From an uncultured Bacteroidia bacterium (lineage in GTDB: Bacteria; Bacteroidota; Bacteroidia; J057; CALLMJ01): a stretch of 33,367 bases of DNA. The notes beneath the pieces are model-generated. The model saw only the letters and a list, made by a program, of their open reading frames with translations, was not told the origin of the DNA and did no database searches. The stretch spans positions 1-33,367 of the forward strand of contig CALAJS010000217.1 of NCBI GenBank assembly GCA_937922825.1. Direction: 5' to 3'. The position numbers and the translations under genes were made by a program. Positions 18,985-28,003 of the stretch are shown here, piece after piece (the first letter of the stretch is position 1; each line of letters opens with the position of its first letter).

Positions 18985-20511
18985 CTAGTATTTTGTTACA
19001 AATCTACTTTCTCTCGCTTTGGTAATCCCCGTATCAATATACTCTATAATCTTGTGATTGAGCTTCTCATATATATCTTCCTCAATTTTTAATATTTTTC
19101 TAAACTCACGAAAAAGTAAATTAATCTCATCTATATTGTCTGGGTAAATTTTCTTTTTAGCTTTTTTTAGTTTTTTGATGATTGTTGTATGGGAAAAAGA
19201 ATCCACTCCATGCGCAGCGATAGATTCATTCCGTAAACTTTTCAAATCTTTTACGTAATTTTTAAAATTCATTTTTTGTTTGAACTCAGGGGAATTCTCT
19301 AATTCTTTATCATGTTCAATAAAATAATTCAGCAAATTTTCTGTAAGATAAGTAGTAGGATTATCCTCTAAATACCTTATTTCTTTTTTTTCTAAATAAA
19401 GTTTTAAATCTTCTTTATCAATTCTTTGATTTTCCTTGTCATTTAAATATTTTTCAAATTCTTGCTTCCAATCGTTTTGTTCAGGATAATTTATTCCAGT
19501 AATGTTGATAACTTCTTGTAATTGTAACATTTCTATAAATCGGAAGATTCTCAAAAGGAAATCATCATAATCACCTTGTTGAAACTTTATGAAACAACTG
19601 TAATACAATTGTCTCATCGTAAATTTTTCTTTGTCCAAATCTTTAACATCATTAATGAGTAGTTCAATAAAGCTATCCTCGGATTTTGGGAAATGTTTTT
19701 GGTTATTTTCTAATGTTTGAATGGCTTTTTCAGGTTGAAAAATCAATCGGTTGTGGGCGTATTCTGCGAGCGTTCGGATTTTAATATCAATCGAGTGGAG
19801 TTCCAGTATAGCGGCATAGTTATATTTTTCAACAAACCTACGAGCAAATTTATATTCTAAAACCGTATAAAAACGTGTTTTTATATCTATTTTAAAACTT
19901 TGTTTTCTTTTTTCATCTACCATTACCTCCACCAAAGACTTATCTTGGGAATATAGATGTAGTACTACAAAACGAACGGCGTTATTGATAGCGTCTATAC
20001 CACCAACTAAATGTAAGTATAAATTTTCACTTTCAAAAATTTTTTCTTTAAAAGGAGAAGTGGATAGTTTTTCTAACATGAAATCATACATATCATGCAG
20101 ACTTATTACGTTTTCATGGACAGGTAAATGATAGACCTTAACATTTGGATACTTTTTTATGAGAAATTTTTCTAATACCATTCCAAAATAAACGGTATCT
20201 TGATTGTGTTTTTCGTATTGGTCTGTTGCTACCAAAACCACATTATCCAATGTAATTCCTTCCTGCTCAACCATTTTAAGAGTAGGTGTAACAATTGGGA
20301 AGTCAATGTAATCTAGAAAAAAACTAAAATAACGATAAAGAAATTCTCCCAATACTCTTGCAGGAATATTATAAATAGATTTATTACTATTAGTTTCCTT
20401 TTTTAGTTGAGTATATTCCTCTAGGATTTGCGGAGGAATATTGGTATGAGTAAAATCTTCTGTTTTTAATTGTATGTCTCGGGTTCCAAGTGTTATAATT
20501 AATGTATTCAT
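18985..20511 (-). CDS. csm6: Csm6-type CARF-HEPN ribonuclease.
   Basis: The N-terminal Rossmann-like CARF pattern (IITLGTRD...VVLVATDQ...LHLVGGIDAINNA) resembles Csm6/Csx1 LGTS and TSGTK motifs. The C-terminal HEPN motif R-x6-H reads RNESIAAHG. It is the last gene of the csm operon. Confidence 0.65.
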   Translation of the reverse strand: MNTLIITLGTRDIQLKTEDFTHTNIPPQILEEYTQLKKETNSNKSIYNIPARVLGEFLYRYFSFFLDYIDFPIVTPTLKMVEQEGITLDNVVLVATDQYEKHNQDTVYFGMVLEKFLIKKYPNVKVYHLPVHENVISLHDMYDFMLEKLSTSPFKEKIFESENLYLHLVGGIDAINNAVRFVVLHLYSQDKSLVEVMVDEKRKQSFKIDIKTRFYTVLEYKFARRFVEKYNYAAILELHSIDIKIRTLAEYAHNRLIFQPEKAIQTLENNQKHFPKSEDSFIELLINDVKDLDKEKFTMRQLYYSCFIKFQQGDYDDFLLRIFRFIEMLQLQEVINITGINYPEQNDWKQEFEKYLNDKENQRIDKEDLKLYLEKKEIRYLEDNPTTYLTENLLNYFIEHDKELENSPEFKQKMNFKNYVKDLKSLRNESIAAHGVDSFSHTTIIKKLKKAKKKIYPDNIDEINLLFREFRKILKIEEDIYEKLNHKIIEYIDTGITKARESRFVTKY

Positions 20512-20523
20512 GATAAAAATTAG

Positions 20524-21645
20524 TTAAAATAATGTAAATTTAACAAAACCAAGTGGTGTTCCATCTGATAAGTATCTACGAGTTTTGGGATAAATATCTT
20601 TGTAATGGGCTCTTGGGTCAATTTTTTTTATTTTATCGGATTTATTTTCAATGAAAGAAAAATCTAACCAACCACCGGTCATACCGATATAGCCTAAACC
20701 AAAACCTACACGAATATAAAATTCATTGGGTTTCTTATTATTCATTTTATGAATTAAATCATTAAGTTTATCTAAATATTTTTCAATGGTACTATCACGG
20801 TTTTTATCTAATTGTTCATAATCTTTTTTACATATTTTGATGGTTTGGTCGTGCATGATTTGTAAAAAGGTTTCAGTATTTTCTATTTTGGAGAATACAT
20901 TAACATTATCTGGATAATTTCCTTTTAATAATAATTCGTTATTTTTTAGATATTTATAGGCTGTTATTTCATTGGGAGTTTGTAAATCTACTAAATAGGA
21001 TTGTTTAGGCGAGATACATTCAATAGGTTGCATAACGTTAGGTCTTCCTTTGATTTGGTATTTCCATTCACTACCATGTTTATTTGCAATTTGGACGGAA
21101 TAAATTTGGGTATTTTCAAAATGGGCGTCGTAAATTCTTAAAAACTTCATGAGATTGTTTTGAGTTTTATTAAAGAGATAATCTAAAAGCGGAGCATCCT
21201 TAGGTTTATCGGATTCAAAGCATTCATCAAGTTTTTTTAGAACATGGGTATCTTTTCCAGCGATAGATTTACGAACAATAAGCGTTCTTAAAGCGCCTTT
21301 CAAGCTAGAGCCAGGGATATAAGGTTTTCCCATACCGTTACGAATATTAGATTTAATTTCTTTTTGATAGAGTTTACCGACAACAGGAATTTCACGTGAT
21401 GCTATCTCTTTAGGGGATATACTTCCTGAGATACCTTTGATAAGATTTACGATATTAGTGGAGTCTTCTATGGCGTCTACCCATCGGTCTATGTTATTTT
21501 CTCCAATGTAATGATATACTTTTTGGGGGTCTATGATATAAATTTTTTGGGCTTTCTCGTCATAGAGATAGTCTAGATTTTCATATAATTTTTGCCCTGA
21601 ACCGATATGGACGGGCGTAATGGTTTCAATTTGAATTTTCGTCAT
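20524..21645 (-). CDS. csm5: Csm5 (RAMP, Cas7 group).
   Basis: N-terminus IETITPVHIGSGQKLYENLDY matches the Csm5 consensus. G-rich loop YIPGSSLKGALRT. Confidence 0.75.
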   Translation of the reverse strand: MTKIQIETITPVHIGSGQKLYENLDYLYDEKAQKIYIIDPQKVYHYIGENNIDRWVDAIEDSTNIVNLIKGISGSISPKEIASREIPVVGKLYQKEIKSNIRNGMGKPYIPGSSLKGALRTLIVRKSIAGKDTHVLKKLDECFESDKPKDAPLLDYLFNKTQNNLMKFLRIYDAHFENTQIYSVQIANKHGSEWKYQIKGRPNVMQPIECISPKQSYLVDLQTPNEITAYKYLKNNELLLKGNYPDNVNVFSKIENTETFLQIMHDQTIKICKKDYEQLDKNRDSTIEKYLDKLNDLIHKMNNKKPNEFYIRVGFGLGYIGMTGGWLDFSFIENKSDKIKKIDPRAHYKDIYPKTRRYLSDGTPLGFVKFTLF

Positions 21646-22681
21646 AATTTTTTAAATAAATTTTAAGGAATAACGATTTACCACAACGAGGAATAGGATG
21701 TCCTACATTTTCATCAGGTCTTAAATCTACAATTTTTCCTGATAGTTCATTTGGTGAAAAAAACAAAGAACCTTCTTTGAACATATAAACGCTTTTTTTT
21801 CTTTTACCTGCCCAATATTTATGAGTAGTGCTACTAATATAACCGCCGCATTTGATAAAATCGTAATTAGCATTTTGCAAAATTCCTTGTTGTACTTCTT
21901 CTATGGTTGGGCAGTACAAAGATAAATTGATTGCAAAGTTTGTATTTTCGGGATACTCAAAAGATACAGCGGAAGGGATATATTCAAAATCAAAAGTTCC
22001 CCAGCCGTAAGTTCTATCTCCCCCAAGACCATTATCCCCAAGCAACCTAAAAACGGATTCTATCTCTTTGTTGTAAACATTCGGATTTAACAAACAATAT
22101 AAACCTGCTTCTGGCATAAATTGTAGAGATTGCGTGTAGTAAGGAACGGACATTTGAACCATTTCATGGTTAACTTCACTTACTGAAATGCTTGCTCTTT
22201 GGTATTCAGCTAATTTAAATAGGGGTTTTATAGGTTCTGAATTCTGAGACGAAAGAGTTAGGAATAATTCGTCTTTACTAAATGCGTTCAGGGGAATTTT
22301 TATAGAAGTTTGGGGATTTAAAAGAACGTATTGCATAGCGTATTGGTCCAAAAATTGGAGGTTTTTAAATTTTTTGTGATAGGATATATCAGGAGTACTT
22401 TCTGCAATCTCGAAAGGCAAGCGGATAAAAGGTTTAGGGAAAAATAATTGGTCTTTATAGAAGGGGAAAGCACTACTGATTTGGGCGAGTTTATTTTGCC
22501 ATTCGATATTTTGTTCGGCTTGCCAAGGACCGAATAGTTCTAACGCTAAATAATAAAGGGCGGCTTTCAAAGTATCAGAGTGAACTACATGAAAAAGTTG
22601 GCTTTGGTCTCCTTTAGCTATACTTAATTGTAGAGGCTGCCGAAAATGTAGTTTTACTACATCAAACGTTTGCTTTTTCAT
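21626..22681 (-). CDS. csm4: Csm4 (RAMP, Cas5 group).
   Basis: N-terminus KLHFRQPLQLS...HSDTLKAALYYLA fits the Csm4/Cmr3 pattern (xSDTLFSAL). C-terminal glycine-rich region. Overlaps csm5 and csm3 as in compact csm operons. Confidence 0.7.
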   Translation of the reverse strand: MKKQTFDVVKLHFRQPLQLSIAKGDQSQLFHVVHSDTLKAALYYLALELFGPWQAEQNIEWQNKLAQISSAFPFYKDQLFFPKPFIRLPFEIAESTPDISYHKKFKNLQFLDQYAMQYVLLNPQTSIKIPLNAFSKDELFLTLSSQNSEPIKPLFKLAEYQRASISVSEVNHEMVQMSVPYYTQSLQFMPEAGLYCLLNPNVYNKEIESVFRLLGDNGLGGDRTYGWGTFDFEYIPSAVSFEYPENTNFAINLSLYCPTIEEVQQGILQNANYDFIKCGGYISSTTHKYWAGKRKKSVYMFKEGSLFFSPNELSGKIVDLRPDENVGHPIPRCGKSLFLKIYLKNYDENSN

Positions 22682-23399
22682 AGTTAGTAAATAAATTGCG
22701 TAAGGTTTCGTTTTGGGGTATGGGATAGTCTTTTTCTTGTTCTTGGAATTTATAGAAACCTGCTGTTCTTTCTTTTATTTCTTGAATGAAAAACTTTACT
22801 TTTCCGTAACCTCTTGAACCACAGCCACCTAAATAGTCATTTTCGATTAACAATAGCCCCGCAAACGTATCATTTACTAATTGTTTTTCGTCATCAATAT
22901 CAAAGATATTGAGCACCATATTCAAGCGGAAACGAGCTTCTGCTGGAACACGCTCAAATGTTCTCGGAGTTGCGGCAGAAGTAATTCTATCTATTACTAC
23001 TTCTGTTTTACTTTCCGTGTAGGGCAAATCCGTATTTACGAAATCTTTATCGTCATTTAACAAATCCGCATCATACACTATAATACGTGAAGATCTTTGT
23101 TTTTCATCTCCTGACGAGCATCCAAATAATTTAGAAGAGTTCGTATTCGGATTTTCGGATGGTCCGTTATTTACTTTTCCCATAGATTTATTACCAATTG
23201 TTCCGTCACGAATCTCAATTAGACTACGCATTTTTCCTTTAATGGAACTTCCAGGAATATAAGGCTTGTTTGTCAAGGGGTTACGAATCACAGGACTATC
23301 TACTCCCCCAATGGATAACACCGAGGAACTTCCCCCCACTCTTATGCCACTCAATGCTTTAATTTCACCTTTGATAATAATTTTTTTTACTAACTTCAT
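22662..23399 (-). CDS. csm3: Csm3 (RAMP, Cas7 backbone subunit).
   Basis: ALSGIRVGG...PYIPGSSIKGKMRSLIE is the canonical Csm3 G-rich loop. 245 aa. Confidence 0.8.
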   Translation of the reverse strand: MKLVKKIIIKGEIKALSGIRVGGSSSVLSIGGVDSPVIRNPLTNKPYIPGSSIKGKMRSLIEIRDGTIGNKSMGKVNNGPSENPNTNSSKLFGCSSGDEKQRSSRIIVYDADLLNDDKDFVNTDLPYTESKTEVVIDRITSAATPRTFERVPAEARFRLNMVLNIFDIDDEKQLVNDTFAGLLLIENDYLGGCGSRGYGKVKFFIQEIKERTAGFYKFQEQEKDYPIPQNETLRNLFTNYEKANV

Positions 23400-23414
23400 A
23401 TCTTATGCTATTTT

Positions 23415-23837
23415 TTAATTTCCACCATGTGCTTTGTGATACGCTAATATTGCTTCTAATAAGTCTACGTAATTCTTAAACTTTTTTTCTAAGTTTTCTT
23501 CATTCGAAATTACGGCTTGATGTGCTTTACTCATTAAATCTTTGAAAAGGTCTAGCCCTGGCTTATTTGCACGTTTAGCTGTGTAAGCTAATTTGGGCTT
23601 TAGCATGTAGAAGGCATTTTTTTCGCTTTGAATACCTTTCATTTGAATGCGCTTAACCTCACCAAAGAAATTTCGTATTTGCGAGGTAGTTAAATCTCCA
23701 TTTTTGATTTCTTTTGCGAAATTTTCACAATACTCAATAGTTTGGGAATCAAACCCATCGGTTATCCAACTGGATTTAAAATCCTCCAATATTTTTCTAT
23801 TGTTGGTTTCTTTGTTTTTTGTTGGTTTTGAGTTCAT
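23415..23837 (-). CDS. csm2: Csm2 (Cas11 small subunit).
   Basis: 140 aa with a helical composition, sitting between cas10 and csm3. The conserved small-subunit segment TSQIRNFFGEV is present. Confidence 0.65.
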   Translation of the reverse strand: MNSKPTKNKETNNRKILEDFKSSWITDGFDSQTIEYCENFAKEIKNGDLTTSQIRNFFGEVKRIQMKGIQSEKNAFYMLKPKLAYTAKRANKPGLDLFKDLMSKAHQAVISNEENLEKKFKNYVDLLEAILAYHKAHGGN

Positions 23838-23852
23838 ATTATTATTGAATTT

Positions 23853-26123
23853 TTAATTTTCGGAACGAATTTCTAATTCTGCCCAGCGAGCGGCTACGCC
23901 TACTAAATCTATATAATCATAGTCGCTGTATGATTTACTACTATTTAATAAGCAATCTTTTTGTAATTGCTCTAAAAATAATTTTAGGTCTTGGTTATGA
24001 CGGTTTGAGTCAATCATTCTTTTGATGTGATAGGCTAGCAACCATTTCCATTGTGGATTTTGTTTTTTTTCTGTGAGTTCTTTTTTTAGTTCGTAGAAAT
24101 TCATTAGTTTGGTTATCAAGGATTTATTTATATTTTGTACGGTAATAAAATTAACGAACTTATTTTTTAATTCTTTGACTTTAGGGAATTCTTTTTCCCA
24201 GTTCATAGGGAAATCTAAGAAGGTGATAGCGTTTTTTTCTTGATCTTTACAGCGGTGTTTTTTAGATTTTTTTTCTGCTTCATGGGATAAATTGGCGGCT
24301 TGAAGGATGGGATATTTATTATTGACGAGTACTATGCCGCCTGATAAAGTAAAATAGGGATTATGGGCAACCCATTGCTTAAATTCTGTATAGATTTGTT
24401 CTGCGAACAGGACTACTTGTTTCCAATCGCCAATTACAAAAAGGTCATCTCCTCCTGCATACAGGATATTGATATGATTTTTATATTCATTTTGTTCACG
24501 TAGGAGATAAAGGTAACCTCGGAAAAAGTAATCGAGGCTTCTACTGATATTGGATAAGCGTACGATAGTTTTTTGGGATCCACTTAAACCGTTCATAAAA
24601 ATTTGCCCTAGGTTGTCCACGTCCATACGTAGTATTCCTAAACGTTTCAAACTTGTACTTGCAAGTAGGTTTTCAAAACTAGTTACTTTTTGGCTTTTGC
24701 TGTAATTCCATTTTAATCTGGATTGGAAATTTGTGGGCACTTTTTCGTGAAAATGAATATAGCGTAACGTATCCATGGATAGGGGTTGTCGGGGTATATT
24801 ATCATATACTTTACAGCCCCAACCAGAAAAGGGGCTTTTTATCGTGACGTCTCGGGGTAACGTTTTATGCATCAAATGAATTTCTTTCATGTCCACTAAA
24901 CATTCCCCTAACTTAATTAAGCGTTTGGTTTGCTCCGATAATATTAAATTTTCACTTTCTCCGTATTCTTCTACTTCTTCGCCTGTGATGCGGTCTATTT
25001 CGCTTTCTATATTTCCCCAAGGCTCAAAAAAGCTAACATAATTTTTTTCTATGATGAGATGGTATTTTCTACGTTTTTTTGCATTTAAAATTTCTGATAA
25101 ATTACGCCATTTTTCGTGGATTTTGTATTGTTTTATATCTAATGGTGATAATGTAGTATATCCTAACGAAAGATATAACTGCATTTTGTGGATACTTAAT
25201 AGATCTTGTTGTATTTTTTTTTCTATTTCATGAAACTCTGAACGTATCTTTTCCGTATTCGGTGCTAATAAATAAAAGCCTCCTCCCGATACATAAACAA
25301 TGTGGGATTGCGTTAAATCTAACGTACGGATGAGTTCTTGTACTGCCCATTCCGTGATTAACTGTAAATAATAGGAACGTCCTTTTAGATTTTTTCCTGC
25401 TGATTTATTGATTACATCATATATAAATGCTTGTATGCCCGATAAATCTCCTCCAATCAACAAAAATACGGGCAGGTCTTCTTTTAAATTTTCTATTAGG
25501 TCTATATTTCCTAACTCACTGACCACGTAATCATAAATACTCAAACTTATACCATTGAAGAATTGTAAGTAATCATAATAAGAAATATCGGTAGGTGCAG
25601 TAGTGTAAGGTATAAAAGAAGTATATTTTTGTAGTAAACTTAGCAGATTATCATTAAAATATAGCAGGTTCGGGCTTGATACATTTTTACATTCTTCCCT
25701 AAATTCTGACCATATTATCTGATAATCGGTTTGTATGGTATCTATTTTTCTTTCTTTTAGTTTTTTGGGGAATATTCGTTGTTGAAAACTAAATATTTCT
25801 GATGGGTAATAGTATTTTTCGGTAGTTTTTTTATCCCATTCCTTTACACTTTGAGCGACTGGTATCAAATAATTATCTTTTGTTTGCTCTGATATAGTTT
25901 CTGTTACTACCAATCTTTTTGACCATTCTTGTAACGTTTTGTACCATTTAGAATTATAGATATTTGATACTTGATATTGTATTTCGTTCCACTTTGGTTC
26001 GAGGCAACTTTCCATTAATGTTTTTACCTCTTCTGTGTTCTGGTTTGCCCTTTTACACAAGCCTTCAATATGGCTAATTTGATTACGTAAATATAAATAA
26101 TTTTTTTCGTTTTCTGGTATCAT
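23853..26123 (-). CDS. cas10: Cas10/Csm1 large subunit. It carries Palm/GGDD cyclase domains but no recognisable N-terminal HD motif.
   Basis: Palm1 reads LLIGGDLSGIQAFIY (the GDxxGIQxFI pattern) and Palm2 reads ILYAGGDDLFVIGDW (GGDD). No H-D dyad could be found in the first ~150 aa. Confidence 0.8.
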   Translation of the reverse strand: MIPENEKNYLYLRNQISHIEGLCKRANQNTEEVKTLMESCLEPKWNEIQYQVSNIYNSKWYKTLQEWSKRLVVTETISEQTKDNYLIPVAQSVKEWDKKTTEKYYYPSEIFSFQQRIFPKKLKERKIDTIQTDYQIIWSEFREECKNVSSPNLLYFNDNLLSLLQKYTSFIPYTTAPTDISYYDYLQFFNGISLSIYDYVVSELGNIDLIENLKEDLPVFLLIGGDLSGIQAFIYDVINKSAGKNLKGRSYYLQLITEWAVQELIRTLDLTQSHIVYVSGGGFYLLAPNTEKIRSEFHEIEKKIQQDLLSIHKMQLYLSLGYTTLSPLDIKQYKIHEKWRNLSEILNAKKRRKYHLIIEKNYVSFFEPWGNIESEIDRITGEEVEEYGESENLILSEQTKRLIKLGECLVDMKEIHLMHKTLPRDVTIKSPFSGWGCKVYDNIPRQPLSMDTLRYIHFHEKVPTNFQSRLKWNYSKSQKVTSFENLLASTSLKRLGILRMDVDNLGQIFMNGLSGSQKTIVRLSNISRSLDYFFRGYLYLLREQNEYKNHINILYAGGDDLFVIGDWKQVVLFAEQIYTEFKQWVAHNPYFTLSGGIVLVNNKYPILQAANLSHEAEKKSKKHRCKDQEKNAITFLDFPMNWEKEFPKVKELKNKFVNFITVQNINKSLITKLMNFYELKKELTEKKQNPQWKWLLAYHIKRMIDSNRHNQDLKLFLEQLQKDCLLNSSKSYSDYDYIDLVGVAARWAELEIRSEN

Positions 26124-26124
26124 T

Positions 26125-26820
26125 TTAATGAACTTTTGTAATCGGCTCTTTTATTACTGCTTTCTGAACGGTCCCGTATCCTATACTTGCTAATTTACCA
26201 ATATTCACATCTATTGGTAAGGTCATATTCACTGAAAAGTCAATATCTAAATTATACAATTTGATACCTTTATAGTTTATCCATCGTTCTTTTCTTATAT
26301 CTTCTATTACTGCTTTTATAGGGGATTCTAAGGTATATCGAATACCTTCCGCAAAATTGATGATATGGGCTACTAGGATTCTTTCTAACATTTCTACCCG
26401 AGCTTTTAACGAATAGGTCTTAAAATACATTTCATAATTTTTGGAGTTTAGGGGCAACCAATTCTTTAAACGATATCTTACTTGCTCGTCCCATACTTGG
26501 ATAACTATGGGTTTTAAATACATATTTTCTATATTTAACTCTCTTCTTTTGCCATGGAAGTCTATGTATAAAGGGGGATTTCCTATATGAGATAGTAAAC
26601 AATCACTAGCTTCTTCTAAACATACTAAATGGGCTTTTTCGTCTTTTGTATTAAACTGTGCCAAAGGATAACGAAACCGTTTACTTCCGTCTTCTAAATG
26701 ATGATGAAAATACTCTGCTCCTTCTTGTATCTCTTTTGAAAATGCATAACGGAATGCTCGTATTTCTTCGGAGTTAATCCCTAAATCAAAAGTTAGACCT
26801 ATATATTTCAACTTTTTCAT
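26125..26820 (-). CDS. cas6: Cas6 crRNA-processing endoribonuclease.
   Basis: First gene of the operon, 231 aa. The C-terminal G-rich loop NIGKLASIGYG compares with GIKTSLGMG in characterised type III Cas6. Confidence 0.55.
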   Translation of the reverse strand: MKKLKYIGLTFDLGINSEEIRAFRYAFSKEIQEGAEYFHHHLEDGSKRFRYPLAQFNTKDEKAHLVCLEEASDCLLSHIGNPPLYIDFHGKRRELNIENMYLKPIVIQVWDEQVRYRLKNWLPLNSKNYEMYFKTYSLKARVEMLERILVAHIINFAEGIRYTLESPIKAVIEDIRKERWINYKGIKLYNLDIDFSVNMTLPIDVNIGKLASIGYGTVQKAVIKEPITKVH

Positions 26821-26870
26821 CTTTTGTTTTATTTTTACGTTTTTATCTGCAAAAATAAAATAAAGTTTTT

Positions 26871-26917
26871 TATACGAAAATTTTTTTTACTTAATTGTAA
26901 AAAAAATTTTCGTATAA
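26871..26917. promoter_or_regulatory. Near-perfect 47-bp palindrome in the cas6/csm promoter region. Candidate operator.
   Basis: TTATACGAAATTTTTTTTAC-TTAATT-GTAAAAAAAATTTTCGTATAA. The arms differ by a single T. It lies 50-100 bp upstream of the cas6 ATG. Confidence 0.4.
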
Positions 26918-27018
26918 ATTTGTAAGCAATTAAAGTTCTTTGAAATCAAGGGATATTATCTAAAAATATAGGTGCTGTGAAGCACTAATCTTAAATTTTA
27001 AATTCTAATTACTATTAA

Positions 27019-27472
27019 GTGTATATACTATCTATTAAGCGGTGTTTTCTGCAACTTATTATCTGTTTCATGAAAAGTGTATACACTATTGAAATTATAA
27101 ACAAGAAATTGTTTATGACTTCGTTACCACAATAAGCGTAGCAACACCAAACCTTTTAATAAGTTAAGTTGCTACGCTTTATTCTTTTATAGGAGATTAT
27201 TTCCAATTTGTTCTTTGATAGTTAAACTAATTTTTATACTTTTGCTAAATATTAGAATTCAAAAATTGAGCTTTTACATAAAAAAACAATGTAAAAAAGT
27301 GTTAAAAATAAAAAAAAAGGAGAAATAACCATTTGATATTGAGATAGTTATGAATTATCGGTGTATATACCATCTAATTAATAGGAGTTCACAACTTAAA
27401 AATATGGCATACGATGAGATCATTGGGTGTATCCACCATCTGATCAGTAGGTGTCCACAACTATCCACATAT
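27019..27472. repeat. Cluster of four degenerate copies of a 36-45 bp direct repeat upstream of cas6. Possible vestigial CRISPR array.
   Basis: Copies begin at 27019, 27077 (partial), 27361 and 27427, each starting GTGTATATAC(C)ATCTA. Copies 3 and 4 match at 29 of their first 36 positions and lie 66 bp apart, as expected for a 36-nt repeat plus a 30-nt spacer. Confidence 0.35.
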
Positions 27473-27492
27473 CGTTATGCTTGTCTTTTTGG

Positions 27493-27942
27493 TTAAATAT
27501 CTAATATAGCCATTGTTAGGCGACTAATACAGGTAAGTTTGCCTTTTTCATTAGTGATTTGGATATCCCAGACGTGTGTAGTTTTTCCTAGATGGATAGG
27601 GGAGCATTTGCCAAATACATATCCATGAGTTTCAGAGCGAATATGATTGGCGTTGATTTCTAAACCTACGCATTTTTTGGTAAGTCCAAGATGAGTAATA
27701 TAAAGTCCTGAGGCAGTTGAGCCAATAGATTCCGCTAAAACTACGGACGCTCCCCCATGTAGTAAACCGAATGGTTGTTTCGTTTTAGCGGTCACAGGCA
27801 TTCTTGCCACTAAATAGTTAGGTCCAATTTCTATAAATTCAATCTCTAAAAATTCTATCATGCAACCTTTTGAAAAATCGTTTAATTGTTTCGGAGTAAC
27901 TTCTGGAAAAATTTTTTCTGTCATATTTTTTGATTTAAACAA
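27493..27942 (-). CDS. Hotdog-fold thioesterase (PaaI/DHNA-CoA hydrolase-like).
   Basis: GLLHGGASVVLAESIGSTA motif. 149 aa. Confidence 0.7.
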   Translation of the reverse strand: MFKSKNMTEKIFPEVTPKQLNDFSKGCMIEFLEIEFIEIGPNYLVARMPVTAKTKQPFGLLHGGASVVLAESIGSTASGLYITHLGLTKKCVGLEINANHIRSETHGYVFGKCSPIHLGKTTHVWDIQITNEKGKLTCISRLTMAILDI

Positions 27943-28003
27943 TAAAACTAGATGTAAAGTTTAAGATTCTTCGTAATTTATATAAAAAAAGTAATTTTGT
28001 GTA

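Noticed and set aside
23647-25233. Short plus-strand ORFs at 23647-23856 and 25051-25233.
   Set aside because: They are antisense to csm2 and cas10, as expected for AT-rich coding DNA.
26950-27480. Calling this an intact CRISPR array.
   Set aside because: The repeat copies are only about 80% identical to each other and carry indels. Spacing is irregular (58, 284 and 66 bp) and only 3-4 units exist. It was reported instead as a degenerate repeat cluster or possible array remnant.
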